A stretch of 64,000 nucleotides of DNA from a virus: IMG/VR virus record IMGVR_UViG_3300032087_003621, positions 32,001 through 96,000 of that record. One strand, written 5' to 3'. This document shows positions 47,601-57,636 of the stretch, one piece after another (the stretch's first letter is position 1; each line of letters starts with the position of its first letter). The position numbers and the translations under genes were made by a program. The notes under the pieces are model-generated. The model ran no database searches, was not told the DNA's origin, and was given only the letters and a program-made list of their open reading frames with translations.

Positions 47601-49444
47601 ATACAACGGATGCGCCAGGTGAATTATCAATATGGGTTACACGTGATGGAACAGATACCTTATACGAAACTTTAACTATTAATCAGGCGGAAGTAGTTGT
47701 TAATGAACAGTCTCAGGATGTCGATTTTAGAGTTGAGTCTAATGTTGATCAGAACGCGTTTTTCGTCCGTGGTTCTGATGGTAATATAGGCCTAGGCACT
47801 AGTGCACCAAATGCTGATTTGCAAATTAGTAAAGCCACTCCTGATCTTCGTTTCGCTAATACTACTACAAATACCGATTGGGATAGAGGTGATATATTTG
47901 GTTCAATAGAATTTTTTACTGAAGGTGACGTAACATCACAAATAGACGCTATACAAATATTAAATAATCAGAATATTCCTTACGGGGGTCTCTCTTTTAG
48001 AACTGGACACGATACTACAAATCCTCCTACAAGAATGGTAATTGACCACAATGGTGCTATTACCATGTTTAACGAGCTCTCCTCGCAGGGTTATAGTTCT
48101 TTGGCTGACACGACTACGACGGATGAGAAAATTAATTTAACACTTTACCAAAGCTCGAGGAGGGGAGCTGGGACTGAATCTGATATAAGAAGTCCAGCAA
48201 TATTAGCTGGAATCGGGCAAGCCTCAGCACTCCCGGCATATAGTGATGAAGATTCAGATATATTTACTATCATAGCTGCTAATGGGACCACGAACCCTCA
48301 CTATGCTGCAAACGCAGCGATATCACTCTATCTAGATAAAACTGCGGACCCAGCTAACCCAGGCAGCGGCGGTATAAGATTTTTTACTACTTATGCTGAA
48401 ACCTTTCCGCCAACCACTCTAGTTGAGTCGATGCGAATCAACGCGCTTGGCAAAGTCGGCATCGGCACAAATATTATAGCTGATTCTGATAAACTGTATG
48501 TGAAAGGAGGGCATTTAGTAGTAGATGCCGATGGAACCTTTAACACTGCCGCGTTGAGATTTGTTAATGATAATGAAAGATCTAGAATAACATCTGACTA
48601 TGGCACTGGCGGTGGCGGTAGGATGGGGTTTTGGACTGATACGACAGGTGGTACATTAGTTCAAAGAATGACCATCGATAACACAGGCAACGTCGGCATC
48701 CGCCTGACGAGTCCGTCAGATACCTTGGAAGTAAAAGCCAGCGGAAATGATGATGGTATAAGATTAAAAGGTAGTTCCGACGATGACTTATTCTGGATAC
48801 ATCAACAAAATACTGATGGTGTTACAGCAAGAATGTACCATGCCGGTGACTTAAATATTGTATTGAATTCCGAGGGAAATCAACGAGCTCGTTTCAACGG
48901 CACAACTGGTTCATACTTGACTTGGGAATACGGTGGTGCCACCTCAATGGCTGATATAGGTACTGGAAATCATGTTTTTGGCAGTGGTGGAAAAGTCAAT
49001 GACTTTGGAATAACATGTAGAATAGGTAAATTATTATTTGGTAGTAACGGTACTGATATTGATATGATGTTAGATAGTTCTTCCGATCTCCACGTAAAAA
49101 ATGATATTATTGCCTTCTCTACCTCATTATCAGACCAACGCCTCAAAGATGATGTAAAAACACTTGATAAATCGTTAGAGAAGATTCTACAATTGAGAGG
49201 TGTATCGTTCACTTGGAATGCAGGGTCTCGTGAAGGAGTTCGTGACATCGGTGTTATAGCTCAAGAAGTAGAAACAGTTATACCAGAAATTGTTCGGGAG
49301 AAAAAAGCAGAACTAATTGATGGGTTACCGACAAAAACTGTTGACTACGAAAAACTTGTTGCTGTTCTTATCGAAGGTATGAAAGAACAACAATCCCAGA
49401 TTGATGAACTCCGTGAAGAAATTCAAGCACTCAAGGGAGAGTAA
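44639..49444 (+). CDS. Tail fibre with C-terminal peptidase S74 intramolecular chaperone
   Basis: DTYGH/GHVT fibre repeats; SDQRLKDDV...L.GV.F.W...GVIAQEVE..PE.V...VDY.KL...coiled coil. Confidence 0.9.
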   Translation: MALDDKNILITPNTGTANEPKIEFTGADASGNDTITLSASYDGTVSTLSFEASTGQLFSVANIDSDGDGYSFSINDNSGIPAVLVELDGTIQLNPNTGNVLIGTSTDDGSNLLQVNGDTKLTGNVSGITDLYIDDQIISTGDTNTYLQFHAADQFRIVAGGSERIEITNVSPHVLITGNLKVSGDIEATGTLDAISQNDLSVTDRKITLNDGETLAGINGGAGGELAVSGIFIDRGTLDSASFVFNETVDAWQVRLNSAFDTPALGNLQADSIGATTINASTLIGNLNWSYIQDKPDPVVTVTLTGDVTGSGNTTLTDLTSGTISFATTIAANSVALGTDTTGAYVADIVQGDAISISETANNAEGNTVTINHADTSSVGNLSSDNANGTVLQDISFTFDTYGHTTAASVVTTNLDNRYIRSFQVEDGDGTEVTINQANEWKFVEGAGDGASIDINWTDVSNGTDADPYDLTFSVTNTDKGSAQNIFKTFTVDDTDTEYTWADTGSAVADTNADTLTFVSGNDFDVDVDATNDAIRFQHVDITRTDTTSTATPAYGGTFTVIDSLTTNARGHVTAANVKTVTIPASDNTNTTYDLSIIQTGGNDDNPAIRLAAGGSGSGNDDLTLTGGGAITITRTSATGLTIEHTDTSSQGSVDNSGNTFIQDITLDTYGHITGITSATTSIGNATITIAGGTDLQNTAGDFTTNQTGNETITINHSNITRTDTTSTATPAYGGTFTVIDSLTTNARGHVTAANVKTVTVPASDNTNTTYSISTVAGDDAVSEKIRLTAGGSGSGTDDIILAVAQTGTTDGLDISETGDTITFAHHDTSTLSGAQGSAGIASITVDEMGHVTAVTTATYNNYSHPTYTTRSINTSGVDVLDVFTSDTIGSVTNITTRTLPNATASVVGVVSTGAQDFGGVKTFKGGQIVVEGTSQPELTFNYVPADNAIGLNESLGRIEFKGTDESVQDTAVRIQATAYAEWGTSTDTTDAPGELSIWVTRDGTDTLYETLTINQAEVVVNEQSQDVDFRVESNVDQNAFFVRGSDGNIGLGTSAPNADLQISKATPDLRFANTTTNTDWDRGDIFGSIEFFTEGDVTSQIDAIQILNNQNIPYGGLSFRTGHDTTNPPTRMVIDHNGAITMFNELSSQGYSSLADTTTTDEKINLTLYQSSRRGAGTESDIRSPAILAGIGQASALPAYSDEDSDIFTIIAANGTTNPHYAANAAISLYLDKTADPANPGSGGIRFFTTYAETFPPTTLVESMRINALGKVGIGTNIIADSDKLYVKGGHLVVDADGTFNTAALRFVNDNERSRITSDYGTGGGGRMGFWTDTTGGTLVQRMTIDNTGNVGIRLTSPSDTLEVKASGNDDGIRLKGSSDDDLFWIHQQNTDGVTARMYHAGDLNIVLNSEGNQRARFNGTTGSYLTWEYGGATSMADIGTGNHVFGSGGKVNDFGITCRIGKLLFGSNGTDIDMMLDSSSDLHVKNDIIAFSTSLSDQRLKDDVKTLDKSLEKILQLRGVSFTWNAGSREGVRDIGVIAQEVETVIPEIVREKKAELIDGLPTKTVDYEKLVAVLIEGMKEQQSQIDELREEIQALKGE
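46262..46950 (+). repeat. 155-bp direct repeat within the fibre gene
   Basis: 46262-46416 vs 46796-46950; ITRTDTTSTATPAYGGTFTVIDSLTTNARGHVTAANVKTVT(I/V)PASDNTNTTY. Confidence 0.9.
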
Positions 49445-49448
49445 GTAG

Positions 49449-50213
49449 ATGGGTTTAGTTAAATCAACTAATGTTAGATTTTCCGATCTATACAACTATG
49501 GTTTCAATTTTACTTCAATTTACAACGCGGAGCCTAATTTAGCAGCGTTTGTTGGAGATATCAGACCCGATAAAACCGTTAGTTCGTTAGCGGTATTGAG
49601 ATATGGTGCTATGAGAAAATCAGGTGATACTTCAGTTAATAGTTTCACTATCGGAGATGAATGGAAAGCATCTAATACGATTGACACTGCATTAGCGGAC
49701 GGGGCTATTTCTCAAGGAACATATGAAACGAACCATTATGGATATTCGGCCGACGCTGCTGCTGGCACATACGGTTACGGTACGCGATGGAACCCGAATG
49801 GAATCGCTGCTGATCAGTTGTCTGAAAATACGGTAGCTGTTACTCATAATGGTGCTTCTGTCACCGTTGATAAAATAGGATATGACTCTGGCGACCAATT
49901 ATTTGAACTTTGGTTAAAAAGTACAAGTGCATCTTTCTCTGGACATACAGACATAATAGGTTCATTTAGTGTAACTACTAGTGAAGTTGGAACGACGGGC
50001 GCACCATCAGGTTTACCAGCATTATTTTATAGATGTGTTACGTTTCCTCAGTCGCTAGCAAGTGTAGCCCTCATCGGTGCAACGACATTTTATCTAAGGT
50101 ATACATGGACTGAGTCAGACGTTGGAACAACCCAGTGGAATGAAATGCTCTCTATATGGGATGGAAGCGGAGGTAATCTTTTAGTTTCCTTTAACGACTG
50201 TTCTTCAACGTAA
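49449..50213 (+). CDS. Hypothetical fibre-associated protein
   Basis: 254 aa ORF directly after the S74 fibre; GGAG RBS. Confidence 0.65.
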   Translation: MGLVKSTNVRFSDLYNYGFNFTSIYNAEPNLAAFVGDIRPDKTVSSLAVLRYGAMRKSGDTSVNSFTIGDEWKASNTIDTALADGAISQGTYETNHYGYSADAAAGTYGYGTRWNPNGIAADQLSENTVAVTHNGASVTVDKIGYDSGDQLFELWLKSTSASFSGHTDIIGSFSVTTSEVGTTGAPSGLPALFYRCVTFPQSLASVALIGATTFYLRYTWTESDVGTTQWNEMLSIWDGSGGNLLVSFNDCSST

Positions 50214-50225
50214 GATTCTTTAATA

Positions 50226-50233
50226 TATAAATA
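50226..50233 (+). promoter_or_regulatory. T4-type late promoter
   Basis: TATAAATA. Confidence 0.75.
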
Positions 50234-50263
50234 GGACATATACACCAAAAATTGGGTTGGGAT

Positions 50264-50629
50264 ATGTCCTATTATAAAGACCTTACGATTGACCAAGGTT
50301 CTTCAGTTTCAATCGATGTCTATCTTACGAACAAAGATGGTACGGCTAAGAATCTAACTAATTACACGCCGACTGCACACATCAGTCCGAACTATAATCT
50401 CGATAGTGATAATATCACTGTGTTTACTTGCACAGTAGATTCTGCTGCGTCGGGAATTATTAATCTTGCGTTATCCTACACTCAAACGGACAATCTCAAA
50501 GCAAATAAGAGGTACGTATATGACCTTGAGATTGCTAGAGATAGTTCTGGTTCAATTGCAGAAATCGAACGAGTTATGGAAGGTCAGATTTTCGTAACCC
50601 CATCAGTTACTAAATTACCGAATCTATAA
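50264..50629 (+). CDS. Small virion structural protein (BppU-like beta-sandwich)
   Basis: L.IDQG, NLT.Y, G.I.L.L...QT, RYVYDLEI, R..EG...VTP.VT. Confidence 0.75.
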   Translation: MSYYKDLTIDQGSSVSIDVYLTNKDGTAKNLTNYTPTAHISPNYNLDSDNITVFTCTVDSAASGIINLALSYTQTDNLKANKRYVYDLEIARDSSGSIAEIERVMEGQIFVTPSVTKLPNL

Positions 50630-50630
50630 T

Positions 50631-50729
50631 ATGACAACTGTAGTTAAAAAAGTAATAGAAAATAAGGCCAGGGTTGACAAGATTGTCATTACTAAAAATA
50701 CTTTGGTTAAAAAGGTCGTTATAAACTAA
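50631..50729 (+). CDS. Small V/K-repeat peptide (32 aa)
   Basis: MTTVVKKVIENKARVDKIVITKNTLVKKVVIN; fills the gap before gp13. Confidence 0.4.
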   Translation: MTTVVKKVIENKARVDKIVITKNTLVKKVVIN

Positions 50730-50764
50730 CCAATAAATATTATTGAAGAAAAGGATTAACAATA

Positions 50765-51517
50765 ATGGCAACACCAAATTCAAGGCAATCACTAATAGAT
50801 TTCTGTCTTCGCAGATTAGGTGCGCCTGTAATTGAAATCAATGTTGATGATGACCAGATTGAAGATAAGGTTGATGATGCTTTGCAAATGTATCAAGAGT
50901 TTCATTCTGATGCGACCTATCGAACATATTTAAAACACGTTATCACACAGACAGATAAAGACAATGGTTATATTCCTATAGATTCTAACGTATTGTACAT
51001 TTCTCAGTTGTTTCCTTTAAACCCAACGTTTTCTTCTGTTAATTTATTTGATATTCGTTATCAAATGATGTTGAATAGTTTAGGTGATTTTATGAACTTT
51101 GCTGGTGGTATGGCATACTACTATCAAATGCAGCAATACCTAGAATTTTTAGATATGGTATTATCTGGATATCCACAAACCACTTGGTCACGACATCAAG
51201 ACCGACTTTATATTTGGGGCGAATGGTCGAACGATGATTTAGATGTTGGTGATTATGTTGTCGCAGAAGTATATACAGCCGTTGACCCCGATACATTCTC
51301 TAGTGTTTATAATGACATGTTCGTAAAAAATTACACCACAGCTTTAATTAAACAACAGTGGGGTATGAATATGTCCAAGTTTGAGGGAATGCAGTTGCCA
51401 GGCGGTGTGACAATCAGTGGCAGACAGATTCTAGATGATGCTAACACAGAATTAAAAGAACTAGAAGAGAAACTTCGTTTAGAACAAGAATTACCACCCG
51501 ACTTTTTCATTGGATAA
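50765..51517 (+). CDS. gp13: Neck protein
   Basis: CLRRLGAPVIEINVDDDQ, KQQWG.N.SKF.G.QLPGGV. Confidence 0.95.
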   Translation: MATPNSRQSLIDFCLRRLGAPVIEINVDDDQIEDKVDDALQMYQEFHSDATYRTYLKHVITQTDKDNGYIPIDSNVLYISQLFPLNPTFSSVNLFDIRYQMMLNSLGDFMNFAGGMAYYYQMQQYLEFLDMVLSGYPQTTWSRHQDRLYIWGEWSNDDLDVGDYVVAEVYTAVDPDTFSSVYNDMFVKNYTTALIKQQWGMNMSKFEGMQLPGGVTISGRQILDDANTELKELEEKLRLEQELPPDFFIG

Positions 51518-51524
51518 CTATTAG

Positions 51525-52406
51525 ATGGCCACTAATCCATATTTCAGTCAGGGTAGAAAAAGCGAACAATTGTTGTACGAGGATTTAGTAGTTGAATCCT
51601 TAAAGATGTACGGACAGGATGTTTACTATCTACCAAGAGAATTAGTTAATAAAGATGATATCTTTGTTGATGATTCTGTTTCTCGTTTTTCTGATGCTTA
51701 CAAAATCGAAATGTACATTGAAAACACTGAAGGGTTTGACGGTGAGGGAGACCTCTTTACCAAGTTTGGTGTAGAGATTCGTGATGCGGCCACGTTTATT
51801 GTTTCACGAAGAAGATGGAATAGTGTGGTCGCAGAAAACGAAGCCACCGATGTTGTACCTTTCTTTCGCCCTCGTGAAGGCGATGTAATCTATTTACCTT
51901 TGTCTCAATCTATGTTTCAGATTATGAAGGTAGAAACAGAGACACCGTTCTTTCAATTAAAGAATCTCCCAACGTTTAGAATGCGTTGTGAACTCTTTGA
52001 GTACAACGATGAAGACTTTGATACAGACATTGAAGAAATTGACCAAGTAGAAAACTTCTCGGCGTATCAATATGTCATGACATTTGCCTCTGTCACTGGA
52101 ACCTTTGAGGTTGGTGAATCTGTTAGTCAAAACAACGGTGAATATACAATGAATGGTGAAGTGGTGAACTGGGACGCTGTGAATAATAAACTGTATCTGG
52201 CACATGTTGGAGCTAGTGATGGTGAATTCCACACATTCACCACAACCGCTCAGGTAGTAGGTGCAACCTCTGGCGCAGTTGGAACACCTACCCTAGTAGA
52301 AGAATTGCAAAATATTCAACGTGAAGCACAGAACGATATCTTTGATGTATTTGAGAGTGATTTCTTAGATTTCACTGAATCTAATCCGTTTGGAGACCCA
52401 CAGTAA
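51525..52406 (+). CDS. gp14: Neck protein
   Basis: EQ.LYEDL..ES..MYG.DVYYLPR, RP.EGD.IY.P, DFTESNPFG. Confidence 0.95.
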   Translation: MATNPYFSQGRKSEQLLYEDLVVESLKMYGQDVYYLPRELVNKDDIFVDDSVSRFSDAYKIEMYIENTEGFDGEGDLFTKFGVEIRDAATFIVSRRRWNSVVAENEATDVVPFFRPREGDVIYLPLSQSMFQIMKVETETPFFQLKNLPTFRMRCELFEYNDEDFDTDIEEIDQVENFSAYQYVMTFASVTGTFEVGESVSQNNGEYTMNGEVVNWDAVNNKLYLAHVGASDGEFHTFTTTAQVVGATSGAVGTPTLVEELQNIQREAQNDIFDVFESDFLDFTESNPFGDPQ

Positions 52407-53206
52407 TGTTTGGTACATATTTTTATCATCAACGGGTTAGAAAAGCTGTTGCTGTTTTTGGTTCATTGTTTAATAACATTTATGTTTTAAGAAAGAATTC
52501 TAGTGGCGAAGTTATTAGTCAGGCCAAGGTGCCTCTTTCTTATGCCCCTAAAAGAAACTTCATTGAACGTATAGAACAAATGAACAAAGGGGAAGATGCG
52601 GAAAGGCAAATTGCAATCAAGTTACCCCGTATGTCATTTGAAATTGTTTCGATGGAATACGACATTTCTAGGCAACTACCTAAAATAAATTCTAGGCAAA
52701 AAGCATTGACTTCTGGTTCTGGAGTTTCAGATAGAACACGTCTGTACACTTCTGTACCTTACAATATCAATTTTCAATTAAATGCTTATGCCAAATCTCA
52801 GGACGATGCGTTACAGATTGTTGAACAGATTATTCCTTTTTTCAATCCGCAGTATACAGTATCGGTCAAACCACTTGAAGACTTGACTGATATCACAGAT
52901 GATGTTCCTATTATTCTGCAAGGGTTGAACTTTCAGGATGATTATGAAGGACCATTAGAGGCTAGAAGAACCATTATCTACACAATGGACTTTTCCATGA
53001 AAGTTAGTTTCTATGGGCCTCTATCCACTGGACCTATCATTCGACAGGTTGATGGACAGATTTATCAACAAGGTACCGGAGTTACTGGTGATAGTGATAC
53101 TTTACTTGAAACACTCCGAACAACTCCGAACCCCTTAGCAGTAAGTCCTGATAGTGATTATGGATTTAATTATGAATATTTTAGTGCATTGGATAGTGTA
53201 ACATAA
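52406..53206 (+). CDS. gp15: Tail sheath stabilizer/completion protein
   Basis: YFYH..RK.V..FG.LFN, VPLSY.PK, LPRMSFE, QIVEQI.PFF.P. Confidence 0.95.
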   Translation: MFGTYFYHQRVRKAVAVFGSLFNNIYVLRKNSSGEVISQAKVPLSYAPKRNFIERIEQMNKGEDAERQIAIKLPRMSFEIVSMEYDISRQLPKINSRQKALTSGSGVSDRTRLYTSVPYNINFQLNAYAKSQDDALQIVEQIIPFFNPQYTVSVKPLEDLTDITDDVPIILQGLNFQDDYEGPLEARRTIIYTMDFSMKVSFYGPLSTGPIIRQVDGQIYQQGTGVTGDSDTLLETLRTTPNPLAVSPDSDYGFNYEYFSALDSVT

Positions 53207-53568
53207 TGAAAGATAACAATACAAAGAATATACAAGACGATTACGATACTTCACGTGATACGTATCTGGAATTGATTGAGGGTGGTAAAGAATCCCTTGA
53301 GTTGATGATACAAGTAGCACGTGAATCAGAACACCCACGAGCTTTTGAAGTTTTGTCAGGTATGATTAAAAACATCGCTGATGTCACAGACAAGTTGATG
53401 GAACTGAACAAGAAACATAAAGACGTGATGAGAGAAGAAAAACCTGAACAAAAACAAATCACGAATAACAATGTGTTTTTAGGAAGCACTACTGATTTGC
53501 AACGCTTGCTACAGAATGAAGAAAAGGTGATTAGTGATGATGCAAAACTCGTTACTGAGAATGAATAA
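53206..53568 (+). CDS. gp16: Terminase small subunit
   Basis: DY..SR, A.ESEHPRAFEV, NNVF.GST.DLQ. Confidence 0.9.
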   Translation: MKDNNTKNIQDDYDTSRDTYLELIEGGKESLELMIQVARESEHPRAFEVLSGMIKNIADVTDKLMELNKKHKDVMREEKPEQKQITNNNVFLGSTTDLQRLLQNEEKVISDDAKLVTENE

Positions 53569-55159
53569 CGAAACGTATCTTGGCAATATCAATGTAAAAC
53601 GTGATGGTATAGTTCAGGAATGGACTAAGGACCAAGTACGTGAATATAAAAAATGCATGGATGACCCTTCGTATTTTGCCGAACACTATGTTAAAATTAT
53701 TTCTCTGGATAGTGGATTGGTTCCGTTTAATCTTTACGATTATCAAAGACGGATGTTCGAACATTTTAATAATAATCGGTTTAATGTCGTTCTTGCTTGT
53801 AGACAGTCTGGTAAGTCAATATCGTCGGTTGCCTACCTTCTTTGGTACGCCATTTTCCATCCCGAAAAAACAATCGCTGTACTGGCGAATAAAGGAGCAA
53901 CTGCCCGAGAGATGCTCGCCCGTGTTACTCTCATGTTGGAGAATCTTCCATTCTTCTTACAACCTGGCTGTAAAACTCTTAATAAAGGTTCAATCGAGTT
54001 TTCTAATAATTCTAGGATTATTGCTGCTGCCACTAGCGGGTCTTCTATTCGGGGTATGTCTGTTAATTTGCTCTATCTCGATGAGTTTGCTTTTGTTGAG
54101 CGAGCAACTGAGTTTTACACTTCAACGTATCCTGTTGTCTCCGCTGGACGAGACACCAAAGTCATCATCACCTCAACCGCAAACGGTATCGGAAACATCT
54201 TCCATAAAATATGGGAAGGCGCTGAACAAGGTATAAATGAATTTAAATCGTTTCGTGTAGACTGGTGGGATGTTCCGGGCAGAGATGAAGAATGGAAAGC
54301 ACAAACAATTGCCAATACATCAGCACTCCAATTTGACCAAGAATTTGGTAATACCTTTTTTGGAACAGGTGATACCCTAATAAACGCTGAGACGCTCTTG
54401 TCTTTACGAGCAAAAACGCCCCAGCGGGTTTTAGAGGGCGGTCTTCTAAAAGTTTATAACGAACCTGCTAGCAAGCACGAGTACATCATGACCGTTGATG
54501 TCTCGAAAGGAAGAGGTCAGGACTACTCTACGTTCACTGTCATCGACATTTCGACACGCCCATTTGAACAAGTGGCTGTGTATCGGAACAACTCTATCTC
54601 TCCAATACTCTTCCCTAATATTATATATAAGTACGCAACCGTTTATAACAACGCTTATGTGGTTGTTGAATCAAATGACCAAGGTTCTGTGGTATGTAAC
54701 GGTTTATACTACGACCTTGAATACGAAAACGTTCATCTCTCTTCAGCTGTAAAATCTAATTCAATTGGTATTGAAATCAACCGTAAAACAAAACGATTGG
54801 GTTGTTCTGCCATTAAAGATATTCTAGAAGAAAAGAAACTTGCGATTCACGATGATAACACTATTCTAGAAATCTCCACGTTTGTTGCTAATGGAGTTTC
54901 TTATCAGGCCAGTGACGGTAACCACGATGATTTAATGATGAACCTCGTGATGTTTGGTTACTTTGTTACAACGCAAATGTTCGCCGATATGACTGATATT
55001 AATCTCAAACAAATGATGTTTGAAAACAGAATGCAAGAGATAGAAGATGATGTTGTTCCATTTGGTTTTATAGATGATGGTTCATCTCAAATTGATTATA
55101 TTGAACAACGAGAAGAAATGGAACGACAAGGATGGCAACTTTTTCACGATCCTTTCTAA
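53561..55159 (+). CDS. gp17: Terminase large subunit
   Basis: RQSGKS Walker A, YLDEFAF Walker B, TSTANG, VDVSKG, HDDL.M. Confidence 0.97.
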   Translation: MNNETYLGNINVKRDGIVQEWTKDQVREYKKCMDDPSYFAEHYVKIISLDSGLVPFNLYDYQRRMFEHFNNNRFNVVLACRQSGKSISSVAYLLWYAIFHPEKTIAVLANKGATAREMLARVTLMLENLPFFLQPGCKTLNKGSIEFSNNSRIIAAATSGSSIRGMSVNLLYLDEFAFVERATEFYTSTYPVVSAGRDTKVIITSTANGIGNIFHKIWEGAEQGINEFKSFRVDWWDVPGRDEEWKAQTIANTSALQFDQEFGNTFFGTGDTLINAETLLSLRAKTPQRVLEGGLLKVYNEPASKHEYIMTVDVSKGRGQDYSTFTVIDISTRPFEQVAVYRNNSISPILFPNIIYKYATVYNNAYVVVESNDQGSVVCNGLYYDLEYENVHLSSAVKSNSIGIEINRKTKRLGCSAIKDILEEKKLAIHDDNTILEISTFVANGVSYQASDGNHDDLMMNLVMFGYFVTTQMFADMTDINLKQMMFENRMQEIEDDVVPFGFIDDGSSQIDYIEQREEMERQGWQLFHDPF

Positions 55160-55171
55160 AAACCCCGCAAA

Positions 55172-55179
55172 TATAAATA
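55172..55179 (+). promoter_or_regulatory. T4-type late promoter
   Basis: TATAAATA upstream of gp18. Confidence 0.8.
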
Positions 55180-55241
55180 AATACATTGAACATCCGTATT
55201 ATGTAAATCTTATTATTAGCTAATAAAAAAAGGAAACGATT

Positions 55242-57023
55242 ATGGCTCTTTTTACCCCATCAGCGTCTCCCAGCATTACAGTTAAAGAAATTGACTTAAC
55301 GGGTGTTGTCCCTTCAGTCACTACTTCAACGGGTGCTTATGTAGGAGAATTTTCTTGGGGTCCCGTACACCAACCAACTCTCGTAGATAACGAGGGAACG
55401 TTGGTTTCGACATTCGGGTCTCCAAGTACCACAAATGCAGTAGACTTTTTGTCTGCCGCAAACTTTTTGCAATACTCAACAAGTCTTTATGTGTCACGTA
55501 CAGTAGATGATACTGCTGACACCGGCGCGTTAAATGCGTGGGATTCAGATGAAATAATTGATTTGTCATCTGGCAAACCATTGGTTAAGAATGCCGACGA
55601 TTTTGATATTCAGAACACAATAGCTGGTCTCAAAGCTCCAGCAAAAAACCATACTTTCATCGCAAAATATCCCGGCGAAGCTGGTAACAGTCTCAGAGTA
55701 GAACTGTGTCCTGCTAAGTCAAACGATACAACTTTGTTTGATGGTTGGGCATACGCCAGTTATTTCGATGCAGCGCCAGGTACTTCACAGTACGCCTCTG
55801 ACGTTAATGGTGCAGACGATGAAGTTCACGTTGTCGTAGTAGACGAAGACGGTACTTTAACTGGTACAGTAGGTGCTGTTTTAGAAACATTCCCGTTCTT
55901 ATCTTTTGCAACGGACGGTAAGACTGTAGATGGTTCTAATAACCACGTTATTGATGTTATTAACAATCGTTCAAGTTATGTTTGGGCAATATCCCTAAAC
56001 AAACATGACGGTGCAGCAGATGAAGATTATAACTTCACATCAACCGCATCAGGAACAGACTTTGAACCAGCTACACCAACTATTCATACGTTTAAGTTGG
56101 GCGGTGGTTCTAATGGTCCAACAATTGATACTGGTGATGTTGCGAAAGGATTTGACGAGTTCGAAAGTAAAGAAAACATTCAGGTGGATTTCTTAATCGC
56201 TCGTGGTATGTCCGCTACTGCTGACCAAACTACCGTTGTTAATGACATTGTAGGTACGGCCGCATCTTTGCGTAAAGACTGTGTTGTTGTTACTTCACCT
56301 GCTAGAGAAGATGTTGTTGGTTTAACTGCTGCTGACGCGGTAACAAACACAACTGGTGGTGTTGCAAATTTCACAGCTTCATCTTACCTGATTGTAGACA
56401 ACAACTACCTTAAGGTATATGACAAGTATAACGACCAATATGTGTTTATCCCAGCTGCTCCTGGCACTGCTGGTTTGATGGCATCGACTGATGCTGTCGC
56501 TGCACCTTGGTTCTCACCTGCTGGTCAAAGAAGGGGTCAATATTTCGGAGTTACTTCCTTAGCTTATTCAGCTAGTAAGGCACAAAGAGATACATTGTAC
56601 AAAGCTGGAATTAATCCGATTGTAAACTTGCCTGGACAAGGTATTATTCTTTTTGGTGATAAGACTAAAGAATCTCGTCCATCAGCTTTCGATCGTATTA
56701 ATGTCCGACGATTGTTCCTCGCAATTGAAAGGTCAATCGAACGAGCTGCAAGAAACGTAATGTTTGAATTCAATGACGAATTCACTCGTGCAGAATTTGT
56801 TAATATCGTTGAACCGTTCCTGAGAGAAATTCAGGGTCGAAGAGGTATTACAGATTTCCGAGTGGTTTGTGACGAAACAAACAATACGGCTGCAGTAATC
56901 GACCGTAACGAGTTTGTTTGTTCAGTTTTTGTCAAACCTGCTCGTTCTATTAACTACATCACTCTTAACTTTGTTGCTGTACGCACCGGAGTTGATTTCA
57001 GTGAAGTGGTTGGTACGGTTTAA
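55242..57023 (+). CDS. gp18: Tail sheath protein
   Basis: SP.I.VKEIDLT, PWFSPAG, AFDRINVRRLF, FEFND.FTR, KPARSIN.I.LNF. Confidence 0.97.
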   Translation: MALFTPSASPSITVKEIDLTGVVPSVTTSTGAYVGEFSWGPVHQPTLVDNEGTLVSTFGSPSTTNAVDFLSAANFLQYSTSLYVSRTVDDTADTGALNAWDSDEIIDLSSGKPLVKNADDFDIQNTIAGLKAPAKNHTFIAKYPGEAGNSLRVELCPAKSNDTTLFDGWAYASYFDAAPGTSQYASDVNGADDEVHVVVVDEDGTLTGTVGAVLETFPFLSFATDGKTVDGSNNHVIDVINNRSSYVWAISLNKHDGAADEDYNFTSTASGTDFEPATPTIHTFKLGGGSNGPTIDTGDVAKGFDEFESKENIQVDFLIARGMSATADQTTVVNDIVGTAASLRKDCVVVTSPAREDVVGLTAADAVTNTTGGVANFTASSYLIVDNNYLKVYDKYNDQYVFIPAAPGTAGLMASTDAVAAPWFSPAGQRRGQYFGVTSLAYSASKAQRDTLYKAGINPIVNLPGQGIILFGDKTKESRPSAFDRINVRRLFLAIERSIERAARNVMFEFNDEFTRAEFVNIVEPFLREIQGRRGITDFRVVCDETNNTAAVIDRNEFVCSVFVKPARSINYITLNFVAVRTGVDFSEVVGTV

Positions 57024-57046
57024 GCACAACCATAAGGAGAATTTAA

Positions 57047-57574
57047 ATGGCAATTTTAGGAGTCGATGACTTTAAGTCAAAGCTGAGAGGTGGTGGTGCT
57101 AGGCCGAATCTGTTCCAAGCAACTGTCAACTTCCCAGCTTATGCTGGAGGTGATGTTGAATTAACATCATTTCTTTGCGAAGCTGCTCAGTTACCTGCCT
57201 CAACTATGGGATTGGTAACAGTTCCGTTCCGTGGTCGCCAGTTGAAAATAGCTGGTGATAGAACTTTCGAACCTTGGACAGTAACCATTATCAATGATAC
57301 TGATTTCACAATTCGAGATTCAATGGAACGTTGGATGAATGGAATGAACGCTCATTCGGCAAACACGGGTTTGGTTAATCCAGTAGATTATCAAGCTGAC
57401 CTCTTCGTAGATCAGTTGGATAAAGATGGAGAAACACTCAAGCGTTACAACTTCCGTGGTTGTTTCCCGACAAACGTTCAGGCAATTGACCTTTCATACA
57501 CAACGGAAAACGAGATTGAAAGATTTACGGTAGAATTCCAAGTCCAGTACTGGGAATCAAATACAACATCTTAA
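57047..57574 (+). CDS. gp19: Tail tube protein
   Basis: GGARPNLF, FRGR.LKIAGDRTF.PW.VT..ND, FTVEFQVQYW. Confidence 0.95.
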   Translation: MAILGVDDFKSKLRGGGARPNLFQATVNFPAYAGGDVELTSFLCEAAQLPASTMGLVTVPFRGRQLKIAGDRTFEPWTVTIINDTDFTIRDSMERWMNGMNAHSANTGLVNPVDYQADLFVDQLDKDGETLKRYNFRGCFPTNVQAIDLSYTTENEIERFTVEFQVQYWESNTTS

Positions 57575-57580
57575 ATCTCT

Positions 57581-57620
57581 ACTAAATAATTGGGACCTCT
57601 CCGGAGGTCCCTTTATTTTA
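57581..57620 (+). terminator. Hairpin/terminator after gp19, preceded by late-promoter variant ACTAAATA
   Basis: GGGACCTC-TCCG-GAGGTCCC + TTTATTTT; ACTAAATA 57581-57588. Confidence 0.7.
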
Positions 57621-57636
57621 TTTTTTGGACACAGAT

